A stretch of DNA of 64,000 bases from positions 1 to 64,000 of the forward strand of contig JBPRGF010000014.1 in the NCBI GenBank assembly GCA_051418015.1. Reading direction: 5' to 3'. Under the pieces are notes generated by a model. The model was not told the DNA's origin, did no database searches, and saw only the letters and a program-made list of their open reading frames with translations. Position numbers and translations under genes: made by a program. Source of the DNA: Candidatus Nitrospinota bacterium M3_3B_026 (GTDB taxonomy: Bacteria > Nitrospinota_A > UBA7883 > JBPRGF01). Positions 39,124 to 49,661 of the stretch are shown piece by piece (positions within the stretch are counted from its first letter, which is position 1; each line of letters begins with the position of its first letter).

Positions 39124-40425
39124 CTACTCTCCTTCCCCGAACACGCGCCTGAAAACACGGTCAACATGCCTCAGATAATATGTTATGTCGAAGCATTCTT
39201 CAACCTGTTCCTTGCTCAGAGCGCCCCGGGCCTTGGGCTCGGCGAGCAGCAGGTCCATGAAGTCCTCCTTTTCCCTCCAGCACCGCATCGCCGCCCGCTG
39301 GACGACGCGGTAGGCGTCCTCGCGGGACATCCCCGCCCGCGCGAGCGCGAGCAGGACGCGCTGGGAGAAGATCAGCCCGCGGGTCAGCTCCAGGTTGTGG
39401 ATCATGTTCTCCGGGTAGACGGTCATCCCGCCGATCAAACGCTCCAGCCTGTAGAGCATGGTATTCACCAGGATCGTGGAGTCGGGGATTATCACCCGCT
39501 CCACCGAGGAGTGGGAGATGTCCCGCTCGTGCCACAGGGCCACGTTGTCCAGCGCGGCGAAGAGGTTCGCCTTCACCACCCGGGCCAGCCCCGTGAGGTT
39601 CTCGGCGGTTATGGGGTTTCTCTTGTGGGGCATGGCCGAGGAGCCTTTCTGCCCCTCGGAGAATTTCTCCTCCGCCTCCAGCACCTCCGTCCTCTGCAGG
39701 TGGCGAAGCTCCACGGCGACCTTCTCCACCGACGCCGCCGTTATCGCCAGCGCGCTCATGTACTCGGCATGCCGGTCGCGCTGGATCACCTGGGTGGATA
39801 TGGGCGCGGGCGCAAGCCCCAGTTTCTCCAGGACGTACTCCTCTATGTCCGGGTCGAGGTTGGCGTATGTCCCCACCGCTCCCGAAAGCTTGCCGACGGC
39901 GATGGCCTCCCGCGCCCTCGTGAGCCTCTCCCTGTTCCGCCGCATCTCCGCGTAGAAGAGCGCCAGCTTCAGGCCAAAGGTCGTCGGCTCGGCGTGGACG
40001 CCGTGGGAGCGGCCGACGCAGACGGTCTCCTTGCTCTCGTAGGCCCTTCTCTTCAGCGTCCCCAGCAGGGCGTCCATCTTCTCCAGGATGATGTCGAGAG
40101 CCTCCACCATCAGCATGGACAGCCCCGTGTCCACGATGTCCGACGACGTCAGACCCATGTGGATGTAGCGCGACTCCGGCCCCACGTTCTCGGCCACGGA
40201 GGTCAGGAAGGCTATCACGTCGTGCTTGACCTCCGCCTCGATACGCTCGATCCGGGCCGCGTCGAACCCGGCCTTCCACCGTATGACCCGAAGCGCCTCC
40301 TCGGGGATCAGCCCTTTCCTGGCCCACGCCTCGCAGGCCAGGACCTCTATTTTCAGCCACGTGGCGTACTTGTTCTCCAGTGTCCAGACCTTCTCCATCT
40401 CGGGCCGGGTATACCTGGGTATCAC
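39124..40425 (-). CDS. purB: Adenylosuccinate lyase
   Basis: GSSAMPHKRNP, HERDISHSS. Confidence 0.98.
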   Translation of the reverse strand: MIPRYTRPEMEKVWTLENKYATWLKIEVLACEAWARKGLIPEEALRVIRWKAGFDAARIERIEAEVKHDVIAFLTSVAENVGPESRYIHMGLTSSDIVDTGLSMLMVEALDIILEKMDALLGTLKRRAYESKETVCVGRSHGVHAEPTTFGLKLALFYAEMRRNRERLTRAREAIAVGKLSGAVGTYANLDPDIEEYVLEKLGLAPAPISTQVIQRDRHAEYMSALAITAASVEKVAVELRHLQRTEVLEAEEKFSEGQKGSSAMPHKRNPITAENLTGLARVVKANLFAALDNVALWHERDISHSSVERVIIPDSTILVNTMLYRLERLIGGMTVYPENMIHNLELTRGLIFSQRVLLALARAGMSREDAYRVVQRAAMRCWREKEDFMDLLLAEPKARGALSKEQVEECFDITYYLRHVDRVFRRVFGEGE

Positions 40426-40443
40426 TTTTTCCCTCCTGAGCGT

Positions 40444-41211
40444 CTACTCGATGTTCACCACCGCGCCCGGCCTGTCCTGTCGCGCTATGTCGAAGGGTGT
40501 CTTCGGACCCGAGAGCGCCTGCTCGGCCACCAGGCGGACGATGTCGCGGTTGTTGTTTGTCTGTGACAGGTGCGCGAAGGTCACCCCCTGCAAACGCGGC
40601 CCCAGCGCCTTGCCGAGCAGGCCGGCGCATGCCTCGTTGGAAAGATGCCCCAGCCGGGAGGCTATCCTCTGTTTCACGACCCATGGGTATGGCCCGGCCA
40701 TGAGCATGTCGGGGTCGTGGTTCGACTCTATGACAAGGTAGTCCGCGTCCCGCATCTTCTCCTCCATCAGCATAGTCGGCGTTCCCGCGTCGGTCAGAAC
40801 CGCCGCCCGCCGCGTCCCGTCGCTTATCGTAAAGGCGCAGGGGTCCGCGGCGTCGTGGGGGATGGAAAAAGGCGAAAGCTCGAACCCCGCCGCCTCGAAG
40901 GCTTTTCCGGTTTCGAAAAAAAATGCTCCCGGGACGCGCCCTATGACGTTTTTTATCATGGTGTGGGTTTTCTCATTGACGAAGACCGGCGCGTCAAGCT
41001 TCCGGCAGACAACCCCCACGCCCCTCACGTGGTCGCCGTGCTCGTGGGAGACCACGACGGCGCGGATGGACTCAGGGTCGAGCCCGGCCTCCCTCAGCCG
41101 CGAGAGCGTTTCCCTGCCGGAGAAACCGGCGTCGATCAGCATGGCCGACCGGCCATTGCCGATGTACACGCAATTGCCGGACGACCCGGAGCCGAGTACG
41201 CAGACCCGCAT
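40444..41211 (-). CDS. MBL-fold hydrolase (YycJ/WalJ-like)
   Basis: SGSSGN, SHEHGDH, ESNHD, GHLSN, HLS. Confidence 0.9.
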   Translation of the reverse strand: MRVCVLGSGSSGNCVYIGNGRSAMLIDAGFSGRETLSRLREAGLDPESIRAVVVSHEHGDHVRGVGVVCRKLDAPVFVNEKTHTMIKNVIGRVPGAFFFETGKAFEAAGFELSPFSIPHDAADPCAFTISDGTRRAAVLTDAGTPTMLMEEKMRDADYLVIESNHDPDMLMAGPYPWVVKQRIASRLGHLSNEACAGLLGKALGPRLQGVTFAHLSQTNNNRDIVRLVAEQALSGPKTPFDIARQDRPGAVVNIE

Positions 41212-42173
41212 CACCGCCCACCCCCTCCTTCCGTGACGAGAAGATGGTACAAGAGCGGGATCATGATCTCGTGATGGCCGGTAAGGGATATCCCCCGCCC
41301 GGCCCCCTGGATGGGGCGGTTGACCACGTTCACGTTCGGCCTGTAGCTTTGTATCATGTCCAGGTTCGCCGCGGTGAACCCGGTCACGTCCGCGCCGAGG
41401 TTGCGCGCCGCCGACAGGGCTTTTATGAAAACCTCCGGCAGAAGGACGCTGGAGCCGATGTTCAGGTATACCCCGCCGCCGCCAAGCTTTGCGACAACGC
41501 CCGTGAAGAGCCGGAAATCGTCCATCGTGGCCCGCCCCGTAACCTCGCCGTCCATGCTCGGATGTATGTGGACGATGTCCGTCCCTATGGCCACGTGGGC
41601 GGTGGCGGGTTTCTTAAGCCTGTAAGCGGCGGCAAGGATGGAGACCCCGGCGTTCGGCATGTTTTCATCGATGATATATCGGCCAAGCGCCGCGCCCATC
41701 CCGGCGCCGTCCCCGGCGTGTTTTTTGAGAGCGCCGTTTATGTTGGCCGCCGTCTCCTCCACCATGCCGAACCTGCCCTCCCTGATCTCCGAGGCCACGT
41801 CCTCGCTGGTGGCGCCGTGGAAGGCAAGCTCCATGTCGTGGACAGCCCCGGCGCCGTTCAGCGCGACGGCGTCTATTATCCCGCGCTCCATCATGTCTAT
41901 TATCAAAGGCGACAGGCCGACCTTTATCACGTGCGCCCCCATGGCCGCCACAACGGGTTTTTCGGCCTTGTTCGCCGCGCGGATCGACCCGGCCAGCTCC
42001 AACAGGTCGGCGGCCTTCAAGGTCGGCGGGAAGAGGTCCGAAAGTCTTTTCGACGCGCGGTGTTTTTCCATATCGGCCAGGTCCCCGAGCGTCACGAGGC
42101 TTTTGCGCTCCCTGATGGAGTAGGTGGATATCCGGGAGAAATCCGCCGGTTCGAACTTTCCTGGCGTGGTCAT
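41211..42173 (-). CDS. Conserved protein with probable deoxyhypusine-synthase-like fold
   Basis: MGAHVIKVG, NGAGAVHD, IGTDIVH, GSSVLLPEVF, GHHEIM. Confidence 0.7.
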   Translation of the reverse strand: MTTPGKFEPADFSRISTYSIRERKSLVTLGDLADMEKHRASKRLSDLFPPTLKAADLLELAGSIRAANKAEKPVVAAMGAHVIKVGLSPLIIDMMERGIIDAVALNGAGAVHDMELAFHGATSEDVASEIREGRFGMVEETAANINGALKKHAGDGAGMGAALGRYIIDENMPNAGVSILAAAYRLKKPATAHVAIGTDIVHIHPSMDGEVTGRATMDDFRLFTGVVAKLGGGGVYLNIGSSVLLPEVFIKALSAARNLGADVTGFTAANLDMIQSYRPNVNVVNRPIQGAGRGISLTGHHEIMIPLLYHLLVTEGGGGR

Positions 42174-42213
42174 CCCCGGGCCGCTCCCGAAGCCGCCCGG
42201 CTTTCCATGGGCT

Positions 42214-43683
42214 TCATTTTTCGGCGTACTTTTTCAGAATCTTCTCGATGATCCCGGTGGTGGATTTGCCCGGCTCCACCGGGATGATCTCCACCCTGCC
42301 TCCCGCCTTCTCCACGACCCGGCGGCCGACGACGGCGTTCGGCGTGTAGTCTCCGCCCTTCACGAGGATATCCGGCCTCACCGCCTCGATCAACCGCGAC
42401 GGCGTGTCCTCGCCGAAAAGCGCCACCGCGTCGACGCAATGGAGCGCCGACAGGATGTCCACCCTGTCCTCCTCGCCCAGCACCGGCCTGTGGGCGCCTT
42501 TCAGCCTGCGGATCGACTCGTCGGTGTTCAGCCCCACGATCAGCGCGCCGCCGAGGCTCCTTGCGCTCTGCAAAAGCTTTATGTGCCCCGCGTGGAGAAG
42601 GTCGAAACAACCGTTGGTGAAGACCACCTTTCGCCCCTGGGCGCGAAGTTTCCTGGCGAAGGCGGCCGCCTGGGCCAGCGTCATGGCCTTGCCCTTCCCG
42701 CCGCCGCCGTCGGACCGCAGGGTCTCCAGCACCTCCTCGCGCGTCACGGCCCAGGCGCCCACGTGCCCCACTTCCACCCCGGCGGCGACGTTGGCGACTC
42801 TGGCGGCGTCCTCCAGGCCGTGGCCGGAGAAGAGCATGACCCCGATGGCGGCTATCACCGTGTCCCCCGCCCCGGTGACGTCGAAGACCTCCCGGGCCTC
42901 CGCGGGCAGGCTCGTCCTTTCGCCGTCCGGCCTGAACACCGTCATCCCCTCCGCGCCGCGGGTTATGAACAGGCTTTTCGCCCCGGTGACGTCAAAAAGA
43001 CGCCTGGCGGCCTTGTCGTAATCGGCCTCCGTGACTATCTTCATCCTCGCCGCCGCCGCGGCTTCGCTCTTGTTGGGGGTTATGATGGTGGCGCCTTTGT
43101 ACCTTTCGTAGCCGTCCCCCTTGGGGTCCACCAGCGCCGGTTTTTTGGCTTTGCGGGCCAGGGCGAAGATCTTTTTCAGCAACCGGGGCGGCAGCGCCCC
43201 CTTGCCGTAGTCGGAGATTATGATCCCGTCCACCCTGGGCAGGGCTTTTTCGACACGGGCGAGCATCGCCTCCGCCACGGCGGCGCTTACGTCCCGCCGA
43301 TCCTCCCTGTCCACCCGCAGCATCTGCTGGCGAAGGGAGATGAACCTCGTTTTCACCGTGGTGGGGCGCGACGGATCCTTCACGAGGCCCGAGGCCGGTA
43401 TCCCCCACTTCTTAAGCCGCGCGCGGATCCTCCCGGCCTCGTCGTCGGCCCCGACGACGCCGATGAGGGTGGCCTTCCCGCCGAGGGCCGCCACGTTCGC
43501 CGCCACGTTCGCCGCGCCGCCGAGGACCTCCCGCTCGCCGGTGATGTCCATCACCTGGGAGGGCGCCTCGGGGGATATCCTCACGACGCCGCCGTCGACG
43601 TACCTGTCCAGCATCACGTCCCCCACCACCAGCGCCCTGGGAGGGCGCATGGCGAGGATCATGTCGAGCAGCCTGCGCTTCAT
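42214..43683 (-). CDS. hldE: Bifunctional heptose 7-P kinase / heptose 1-P adenylyltransferase
   Basis: RISPEAP, SDYGKG, DVTGAGD, TNGCFDLLHAGH, KGGDY. Confidence 0.96.
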   Translation of the reverse strand: MKRRLLDMILAMRPPRALVVGDVMLDRYVDGGVVRISPEAPSQVMDITGEREVLGGAANVAANVAALGGKATLIGVVGADDEAGRIRARLKKWGIPASGLVKDPSRPTTVKTRFISLRQQMLRVDREDRRDVSAAVAEAMLARVEKALPRVDGIIISDYGKGALPPRLLKKIFALARKAKKPALVDPKGDGYERYKGATIITPNKSEAAAAARMKIVTEADYDKAARRLFDVTGAKSLFITRGAEGMTVFRPDGERTSLPAEAREVFDVTGAGDTVIAAIGVMLFSGHGLEDAARVANVAAGVEVGHVGAWAVTREEVLETLRSDGGGGKGKAMTLAQAAAFARKLRAQGRKVVFTNGCFDLLHAGHIKLLQSARSLGGALIVGLNTDESIRRLKGAHRPVLGEEDRVDILSALHCVDAVALFGEDTPSRLIEAVRPDILVKGGDYTPNAVVGRRVVEKAGGRVEIIPVEPGKSTTGIIEKILKKYAEK

Positions 43684-44258
43684 CGGCCTTCTCCGGCGGC
43701 TGCCTCCACCGCCTCGCACACAAGATGCGCGATAGTGATGTGGGCCTCCTGTATCCTGGGCGTTTCGCTCGAGGGAACGATCAGGGCGATGTCGGCGTGG
43801 TCTTTCATCTCTCCCCCGGCGCCGCCGAGCAGGCAGACGCGCTTTAAACCGAGCTTTCCTGCCGTGGCCAGCGCGTCAACGAGGTTCGCCGACTGCCCGG
43901 AGGTGGATATCGCAAGGAAGACATCGCCCGCCATCCCAAGCGCCTCGAGCTGGCGGGAGAAGACTTTCTCGAACCCGTAGTCGTTGGAGATGGCGGTGAT
44001 GGCCGAGGTGTCGGTGGTGAGGGCGATGGCGGCGAGGGGGGGCCTGTCCTTCAGGTACCGCCCCACAAGCTCCGAGGCCATGTGCTGCGCGTCGGCGGCG
44101 GAGCCTCCGTTCCCGGCGAGGATCAGCTTGCCGCCCTCTTTGAGAGTCTCCACGATCATGCGGGCGATGGCGGCGATCGTCTCCGCGTCCCCGCGTCCGA
44201 TCATGGCGAGCTTGAGATCGGCGGAGGCTTTCAGCCCCCTGGTTATGTCGTCCTCCAT
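43680..44258 (-). CDS. gmhA: Sedoheptulose 7-phosphate isomerase
   Basis: GNGGSAADAQH, NDYG, STSG, RIQEAH. Confidence 0.97.
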   Translation of the reverse strand: MEDDITRGLKASADLKLAMIGRGDAETIAAIARMIVETLKEGGKLILAGNGGSAADAQHMASELVGRYLKDRPPLAAIALTTDTSAITAISNDYGFEKVFSRQLEALGMAGDVFLAISTSGQSANLVDALATAGKLGLKRVCLLGGAGGEMKDHADIALIVPSSETPRIQEAHITIAHLVCEAVEAAAGEGR

Positions 44259-44259
44259 G

Positions 44260-44964
44260 TCAGAGCATCCCCTCGTCCGCGAAGGAGTAATAGCGGTTGT
44301 CACCAATTATCAGGTGATCCAGCACCCTTATGTCGATCAGCCTGCCCGCCTCCACCAGGCGGCGGGTGATGGTTATGTCGTCCTCGCTCGGCTCCGGGTC
44401 GCCGCTCGGGTGGTTGTGGACGAGTATCACGCTGTGGGCGGACTCGCGCACAGCCTGGTTGAACACCTCCCTGGGATGCGCTATCGCCCCGGAAAGCCCC
44501 CCCTCGCAGATGGTCACGGTTTTCATGAGCCTGTTCCTCGCGTTTAGCAGGGCCACCTTGAAGACTTCTTTTCTCAGGTTCTTCATATCCAGCAGATAAT
44601 AGCCCGCCACGTCCTCGCTTGCCCTGAAGGGCGTCGTCTTGACGCTTCTCGTGGAGGCCGCGAACCTGCGGCCCAGCTCAAGCCCAGCCTTGACGCTTAT
44701 CGCCTTGGCCTCGCCTATGCCGCGGATTTCGCAAAGCTCCTCCACGGAGGCCGCCTCCACTCCCTCCAGCGTCTCGAATTTTTTCAGAAGGTCGCGCGCG
44801 AGGTCCAGGGCGTTCTTCTCCCCCGACCCGGAGCCTATGAGGATAGCCAGCAGCTCGGAGTCGGAAAGATAAGCCGTACCCTGCCTGGAGAGCTTTTCCC
44901 GGGGCCGGTCACTTTCCGGCCACTCTCTTATCGCCTCGTAGAGCCTTCTTCGTTTCCGCGTCAT
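44260..44964 (-). CDS. radC: RadC family JAB-domain protein
   Basis: RPREKL, HPREVF, HNHPSGD, LDHLIIG. Confidence 0.95.
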   Translation of the reverse strand: MTRKRRRLYEAIREWPESDRPREKLSRQGTAYLSDSELLAILIGSGSGEKNALDLARDLLKKFETLEGVEAASVEELCEIRGIGEAKAISVKAGLELGRRFAASTRSVKTTPFRASEDVAGYYLLDMKNLRKEVFKVALLNARNRLMKTVTICEGGLSGAIAHPREVFNQAVRESAHSVILVHNHPSGDPEPSEDDITITRRLVEAGRLIDIRVLDHLIIGDNRYYSFADEGML

Positions 44965-45925
44965 CAGTGGAGTTTTTCCCTTCGCCCGGGCCGAGCTCGG
45001 CCGTGTAGTATTCGATGGTTTTCAGGAGCCCGTCCTTCAAGCTGACCTTCGGCTCCCACCGCAGAAGCTCCCTGGCGCGGGATATGTCCGGCCGGCGGCG
45101 GGCCGGGTCGTCCTGCGGCAGGGGTTTGAAGACCACCCTGCTCCCGGAGCCGGTCTTCTCGATTATGATCTTCGCAAGCTCCAGTATGGTCATCTCCTCG
45201 TCGTTGCCGAGGTTGACAGGGTTTGCCGCGCCGGAGCGAAGGAGCTCCATGAGTCCGTCCACAAGGTCAGTTATATAGCAAAAGGAGCGTGTCTGGGATC
45301 CATCGCCGTAGACTGTGATATCCTCCCCCCGCAGCGCCTGGCAGATGAAGTTCGTCACCGCCCGCCCGTCCTCCACTCTCATCCTGGGGCCAAACGTGTT
45401 GAATATCCTGGCGATCCTGACGTCGAGGCCGTGGACGCGGCGGTAGGCCACCGTGGCGGCCTCGGCGTATCTTTTCGCCTCGTCGTAGCAGGACCTGGGG
45501 CCTACGGGGTTGACCTTGCCCCAGTAGCCCTCCCTCTGGGGGTGGACCTCCGGGTCGCCGTAGACCTCCGAGGTGCTCGCCAGCAGGAAGGCCGCCCCGT
45601 CCCGCAGCGCAAGGTCGAGGGCGGCGTGGGTACCCGCCGAGCCGACCAGCAGCGTCTCTATGGGCATTTTGCCGTAATCGACGGGCGAGGCGGGGGAGGC
45701 GAGGTTCAGGACGTAATCGAAAGGTCCCTCGATGTCCGAAAGCCCCCGGGTGATGTCCCGCTCGATGAGGGTGAAGCGCGGGTTTTCTTCGAGACTTTCT
45801 ATGTTCTTCATCGCGCCGGTGGAGAAGTCGTCCACGCAGACCACCTCCGCGTCCTCCCCAAGGAGCCTCTCGCAAAGCCATGAGCCTATAAAGCCGGCCC
45901 CGCCCGTCACCAGATATCGCGGCAT
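44909..45925 (-). CDS. UDP-glucuronate decarboxylase (UXS family)
   Basis: [36 protein letters not shown]. Confidence 0.92.
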   Translation of the reverse strand: MPRYLVTGGAGFIGSWLCERLLGEDAEVVCVDDFSTGAMKNIESLEENPRFTLIERDITRGLSDIEGPFDYVLNLASPASPVDYGKMPIETLLVGSAGTHAALDLALRDGAAFLLASTSEVYGDPEVHPQREGYWGKVNPVGPRSCYDEAKRYAEAATVAYRRVHGLDVRIARIFNTFGPRMRVEDGRAVTNFICQALRGEDITVYGDGSQTRSFCYITDLVDGLMELLRSGAANPVNLGNDEEMTILELAKIIIEKTGSGSRVVFKPLPQDDPARRRPDISRARELLRWEPKVSLKDGLLKTIEYYTAELGPGEGKNSTDDAETKKALRGDKRVAGK

Positions 45926-45939
45926 CAGCTAACCATCCT

Positions 45940-47232
45940 CTATGGGCGGCCTATGCTGTAGTACTCGAACCCGAGGGCGCGTTTGCGCTCCGGCTCGTAC
46001 ATGTTGCGGCCGTCGAAGATCACCGGCGTTTTCATCAGCGCCCTGATTCTTTCCATGTCGAGCAGCTTGAACTCGCGCCACTCGGTGACGAAAACGAGGG
46101 CGTCCGCCCCTTCCGCGGCATCGTAGGGGGTCTCGCAATAGGTCACGTCCGGCGCGAGCCTTCTCGCGTTCTCCGTGGCCACGGGGTCATAGGCCTTGAT
46201 CCTGCCGCCGCGCTCGGCCAGGAGCCTCATTATCTCCAGCGACTTGGCATCACGCATGTCGTCGGTGTCCGGCTTGAACGCAAGCCCCAGCACGCCGAAG
46301 GTGTGGTTGTCCGTCTCCGGGAACCGCTCGAATATCCTGTTCACGAACCGTGGGACGCGGGACTCGTTCACGCTCATGACCTCCCGGAGCAGGCCGAAGG
46401 GCGCGCCGGTCTGGTCCGACGTGTGGAGCAGGGAGCTTACGTCCTTGGGAAAGCATGAGCCGCCGTATCCCAGCCCCGCGTTCAGAAAATCCCTGCCGAT
46501 GCGCTTGTCCGACCCCATCCCCCTGGCCACATCGACGATGTTCGCTCCCACCCTTTCGCAGATGTCGGCCACGGCGTTGATGAAGGATATCTTGGCGGCG
46601 AGAAAGGAGTTCGATGCGTATTTTATAAGCTCCGCGGACTGCACGTCGGTGACGATCATCGGAGCCCCGAGCATGGCGTAAAGCTCCAGGAGCCTCATGG
46701 CGACGTGCTTGGTCGGCGCGCCTATCACTATCCGGTCCGGGTTCAGCGCGTCGGCGATGGCCTGGCCCTCCCGCAGAAACTCCGGGTTCGACACGACGTC
46801 GAAATCGGCGTCCGAGGTCTTGGTCTCTTTTATGGTCTCGCGGACGAGGTCGCCAGTGCCGACGGGGACGGTGCTCTTGTTCACTATCACCTTGTAGCCG
46901 TTCAGGTTCTCGCCTATCACCCTGGCCGCGCTCTTTACGTAGGAAAGGTCTGTCTCGCCGTTGTTCAGGGAGGGTGTGCCGACGCATATGAAGACGATCT
47001 CCGCGGCTTCCACCGCCGCGCCGACCTCAGTGGAGAAGGATATCCTCTCCTCGTTCATGTTGCGCCTGACCATCTCCTCGAGGCCGGGCTCGTAGATCGG
47101 CATCACCTTCCTGTTAAGCGACGCGATCTTCTCCCCGTTCACGTCGACGCAGGCCACCTCGTTGCCCATATCGGCGAAGACAGCCGCGGTGACGAGGCCG
47201 ACATAGCCTGAGCCTATGACACAGATACGCAT
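45940..47232 (-). CDS. ugd: UDP-glucose 6-dehydrogenase
   Basis: GSGYVG, NPEFLREG, GGSCFPKD, FKPDTDD. Confidence 0.95.
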   Translation of the reverse strand: MRICVIGSGYVGLVTAAVFADMGNEVACVDVNGEKIASLNRKVMPIYEPGLEEMVRRNMNEERISFSTEVGAAVEAAEIVFICVGTPSLNNGETDLSYVKSAARVIGENLNGYKVIVNKSTVPVGTGDLVRETIKETKTSDADFDVVSNPEFLREGQAIADALNPDRIVIGAPTKHVAMRLLELYAMLGAPMIVTDVQSAELIKYASNSFLAAKISFINAVADICERVGANIVDVARGMGSDKRIGRDFLNAGLGYGGSCFPKDVSSLLHTSDQTGAPFGLLREVMSVNESRVPRFVNRIFERFPETDNHTFGVLGLAFKPDTDDMRDAKSLEIMRLLAERGGRIKAYDPVATENARRLAPDVTYCETPYDAAEGADALVFVTEWREFKLLDMERIRALMKTPVIFDGRNMYEPERKRALGFEYYSIGRP

Positions 47233-47401
47233 AATCCAAAAAATCCTCGGACCGCCATGGACGCCGGGCCGGTGCCCGCGGCGCCACGGAGCGCGTCCCG
47301 AATCCCTATCGAACAGGATATCGAAATGGTAAATTGGTAATTATAGCCCAATGGGCGTGAAATACTAGGATTATCACGCCTTCCGCCTGCCACGGCCCGC
47401 T

Positions 47402-47980
47402 CTACGCTCCGCCCCATCTTTCGAACAGGTCATGCTCGACGCCGAGTTGGTCCAGGACCTTGCCGACGGTGTGGTTCACTATGTCGTCCACGCTTTTCGG
47501 GTGGTGATAGAAGGCCGGGACCGGCGGAGTGATCACCGCTCCCAGGCCGGCGGCCCTGGCCATCAGCTCAAGGTGCCCCCTGCTCAAGGGGGTTTCGCGG
47601 GGGACGAGGACGAGCTTGCGCCCCTCCTTCAAGGTGACGTCCGCCGCCCGCGCCAAAAGGTCGCCCCCGCGGCAGTTGGCGATGTCGGAGAGGGCGCGCA
47701 TGGAGCAGGGGGCGACGACCATTCCCCGTGTCTTGTACGACCCGCTGGAGACCGGCGCGGCCGGGTCGGCGTTGTCCTCCACGGCGTCGGCCAGTCCCGC
47801 GATGTCGGAGAGCCCGAGGCCGGTCTCGATCCTGAGTGTCTTCTCACCCGCGGCGGTGACGATCAGGCGCAGGCTCAAGCCGGGGGCGTACTTGCGGAGG
47901 CTTTCGAGAAGACGGAGGCCGTAGACGGCGCCCGAGGCCCCGGTTATCCCGACTACCAGCCTCCCCTTTTCCGGCGCCAA
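47402..47980 (-). CDS. ubiX: Flavin prenyltransferase
   Basis: GITGASG, SSGS, APCS, PRETP, PAFYH. Confidence 0.95.
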   Translation of the reverse strand: MAPEKGRLVVGITGASGAVYGLRLLESLRKYAPGLSLRLIVTAAGEKTLRIETGLGLSDIAGLADAVEDNADPAAPVSSGSYKTRGMVVAPCSMRALSDIANCRGGDLLARAADVTLKEGRKLVLVPRETPLSRGHLELMARAAGLGAVITPPVPAFYHHPKSVDDIVNHTVGKVLDQLGVEHDLFERWGGA

Positions 47981-47983
47981 GAA

Positions 47984-49003
47984 TCAGTCGCCCCGCATCA
48001 AGCCGCCGAGGCCGCCCATGGCGTCGAGCAGGGAGCCTTCGCCCTTGCCCCCGCCGCCCGTGGCCGTGGGCCTGGCCTGGTGGACCCTGCCCGCAAGGCG
48101 TGAGAAAGGCAGCGACTGCAGCCACACCCGGCCCGGCCCGCGGAGCGTCGCGTAAAAGAACCCCTCGCCGCCGAATATGGCGGACTTTATCTCGCCCACG
48201 AACTCTATGTCATAGTCCACCGACGGCTCGAGGGCCACCAGGCAGCCCGTGTCCACCCGGAGCATCTCGCCGGGCTCAAGCGTTTTGTTGAAGATGGTCC
48301 CCCCGGCGTGGACGAAGGCCATCCCGTCGCCCTCCAGCTTCTGCATGATGAAGCCTTCGCCGCCGAACAGGCCCACGCCTATCTTCTTCTGAAAATGTAT
48401 CCCGATGGACACCCCCTTGGCCGCCGCCAGGAAGGCGTCCTTCTGGCAGATGATCTGTCCCCCCATCTCCTCCAGGTCCATGGGGATTATCTTGCCCGGA
48501 TAGGGCGAGGCAAAGGCCACGTGCTCCTTGCCGGAGCCGCCCGTGTGGGTGAAGACGGTGATGAAAAGCGACTCGCCGGTGATGAGCCTCTTGCCCGCGC
48601 CCACCAGCTTGTCCATGAACCCGCCCGACTCGCTCTTGCCGCTGCCGTCGCCGAAGACAGTGCTCATCTTGACGCTGGGCGACATGTACATCATCGAGCC
48701 CGCCTCGGCCACGGCGCTTTCGCCGGGGTCAAGCTCGATCTCGACGTACTGCATCTCCTCACCCTCTATCTTATAGTCGATCTCGTGGGCCTCCTGGCCG
48801 CTGGGAGGCGCGGGGGGAGGAGGAGGCGCGGCTCCTGCCTCGCCGAACTTCGGCAGGTGCTTGAGCTTCATCCAGTTCATCATCCCGGGCCCGTACAGCA
48901 AGGTGTCGCCGTCGATCTGACCCCGCGACAGCATGTTTTGTATCTCGCTCTCGGAGACGGGGCCTTTGCTTTCGGATCCCGTCGCGTAATACCAGTCGGA
49001 CAT
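47984..49003 (-). CDS. AIM24/TIGR00266 family protein with an N-terminal GYF_2-like domain
   Basis: WYY...GPV...LLYGPGMMNW domain, Pro-rich linker, repeated FGGEGF, WLQSLPFSRL. Confidence 0.85.
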   Translation of the reverse strand: MSDWYYATGSESKGPVSESEIQNMLSRGQIDGDTLLYGPGMMNWMKLKHLPKFGEAGAAPPPPPAPPSGQEAHEIDYKIEGEEMQYVEIELDPGESAVAEAGSMMYMSPSVKMSTVFGDGSGKSESGGFMDKLVGAGKRLITGESLFITVFTHTGGSGKEHVAFASPYPGKIIPMDLEEMGGQIICQKDAFLAAAKGVSIGIHFQKKIGVGLFGGEGFIMQKLEGDGMAFVHAGGTIFNKTLEPGEMLRVDTGCLVALEPSVDYDIEFVGEIKSAIFGGEGFFYATLRGPGRVWLQSLPFSRLAGRVHQARPTATGGGGKGEGSLLDAMGGLGGLMRGD

Positions 49004-49219
49004 CGGCAAACCTCCATGCAGAACTATTTTTCTGGCGCCGCCTTTGATTGTAAACGAAACCCGGCGCGCGGGGACTTTTTCAATCCCACCAGATTTTATA
49101 CCCGGCGCCAAACCCCCGCAAGGCGAGCCGTCGGACATGGTGGTTTTTCAGTGGCCGCCGGGCGTAGCAGAGTGGTAAAATCAACGATATTCCAGGGGGA
49201 TAACAGGCGGGCGGAGGCC

Positions 49220-49534
49220 ATGGAGGAAAGGCGGAGGCATCCAAGGAGGGAGGAAGGCGCTGGCGCTGTCATGCGGGCGGCTCTTCACTACGGCGACGAC
49301 TACCGCGAGATCGAGGCGGAGCTTGTCAACTATTCCGAGGGAGGCGCCCAGCTTGTCACCACCGACAACGGCGTCCGCTCCGGTATGCTCGTGGTCATGA
49401 AATCCTTCGACGGTACGGGGCCTTTCAGCGAAAACGTCGAGGGGAAGGTCGTGTGGGTCGCGAACAAGGACGGAAAGACGGGATTCGGGCTCGAATATTT
49501 CGCCCCACTGGTCAACATCCCCCCCTTTTTTTAA
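49220..49534 (+). CDS. PilZ domain protein
   Basis: RRHPR and NYSEGG motifs; GGAGG RBS. Confidence 0.8.
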   Translation: MEERRRHPRREEGAGAVMRAALHYGDDYREIEAELVNYSEGGAQLVTTDNGVRSGMLVVMKSFDGTGPFSENVEGKVVWVANKDGKTGFGLEYFAPLVNIPPFF

Positions 49535-49661
49535 AGGCGAAAAACGCCGGAAGGTAGTATATTAAATCTGGCGTGTGGTATAATTTTCATGTCAAAAACA
49601 GTCCGGAGGACCATCAACCAACTTGCGGGCTGACGCTATGGCCACAGGGGGCATGAGGGCG

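Noticed and set aside
44260..44964. radC as a marker of a mobile element
   Set aside because: Full-length chromosomal type inside a housekeeping operon, with no mobility genes nearby.
49033..49048. TGGCGCCGCCTTTGAT as a sigma54 promoter for the first PilZ gene
   Set aside because: GA at -12, no enhancer or IHF support, and a better extended -10 lies closer to the gene.
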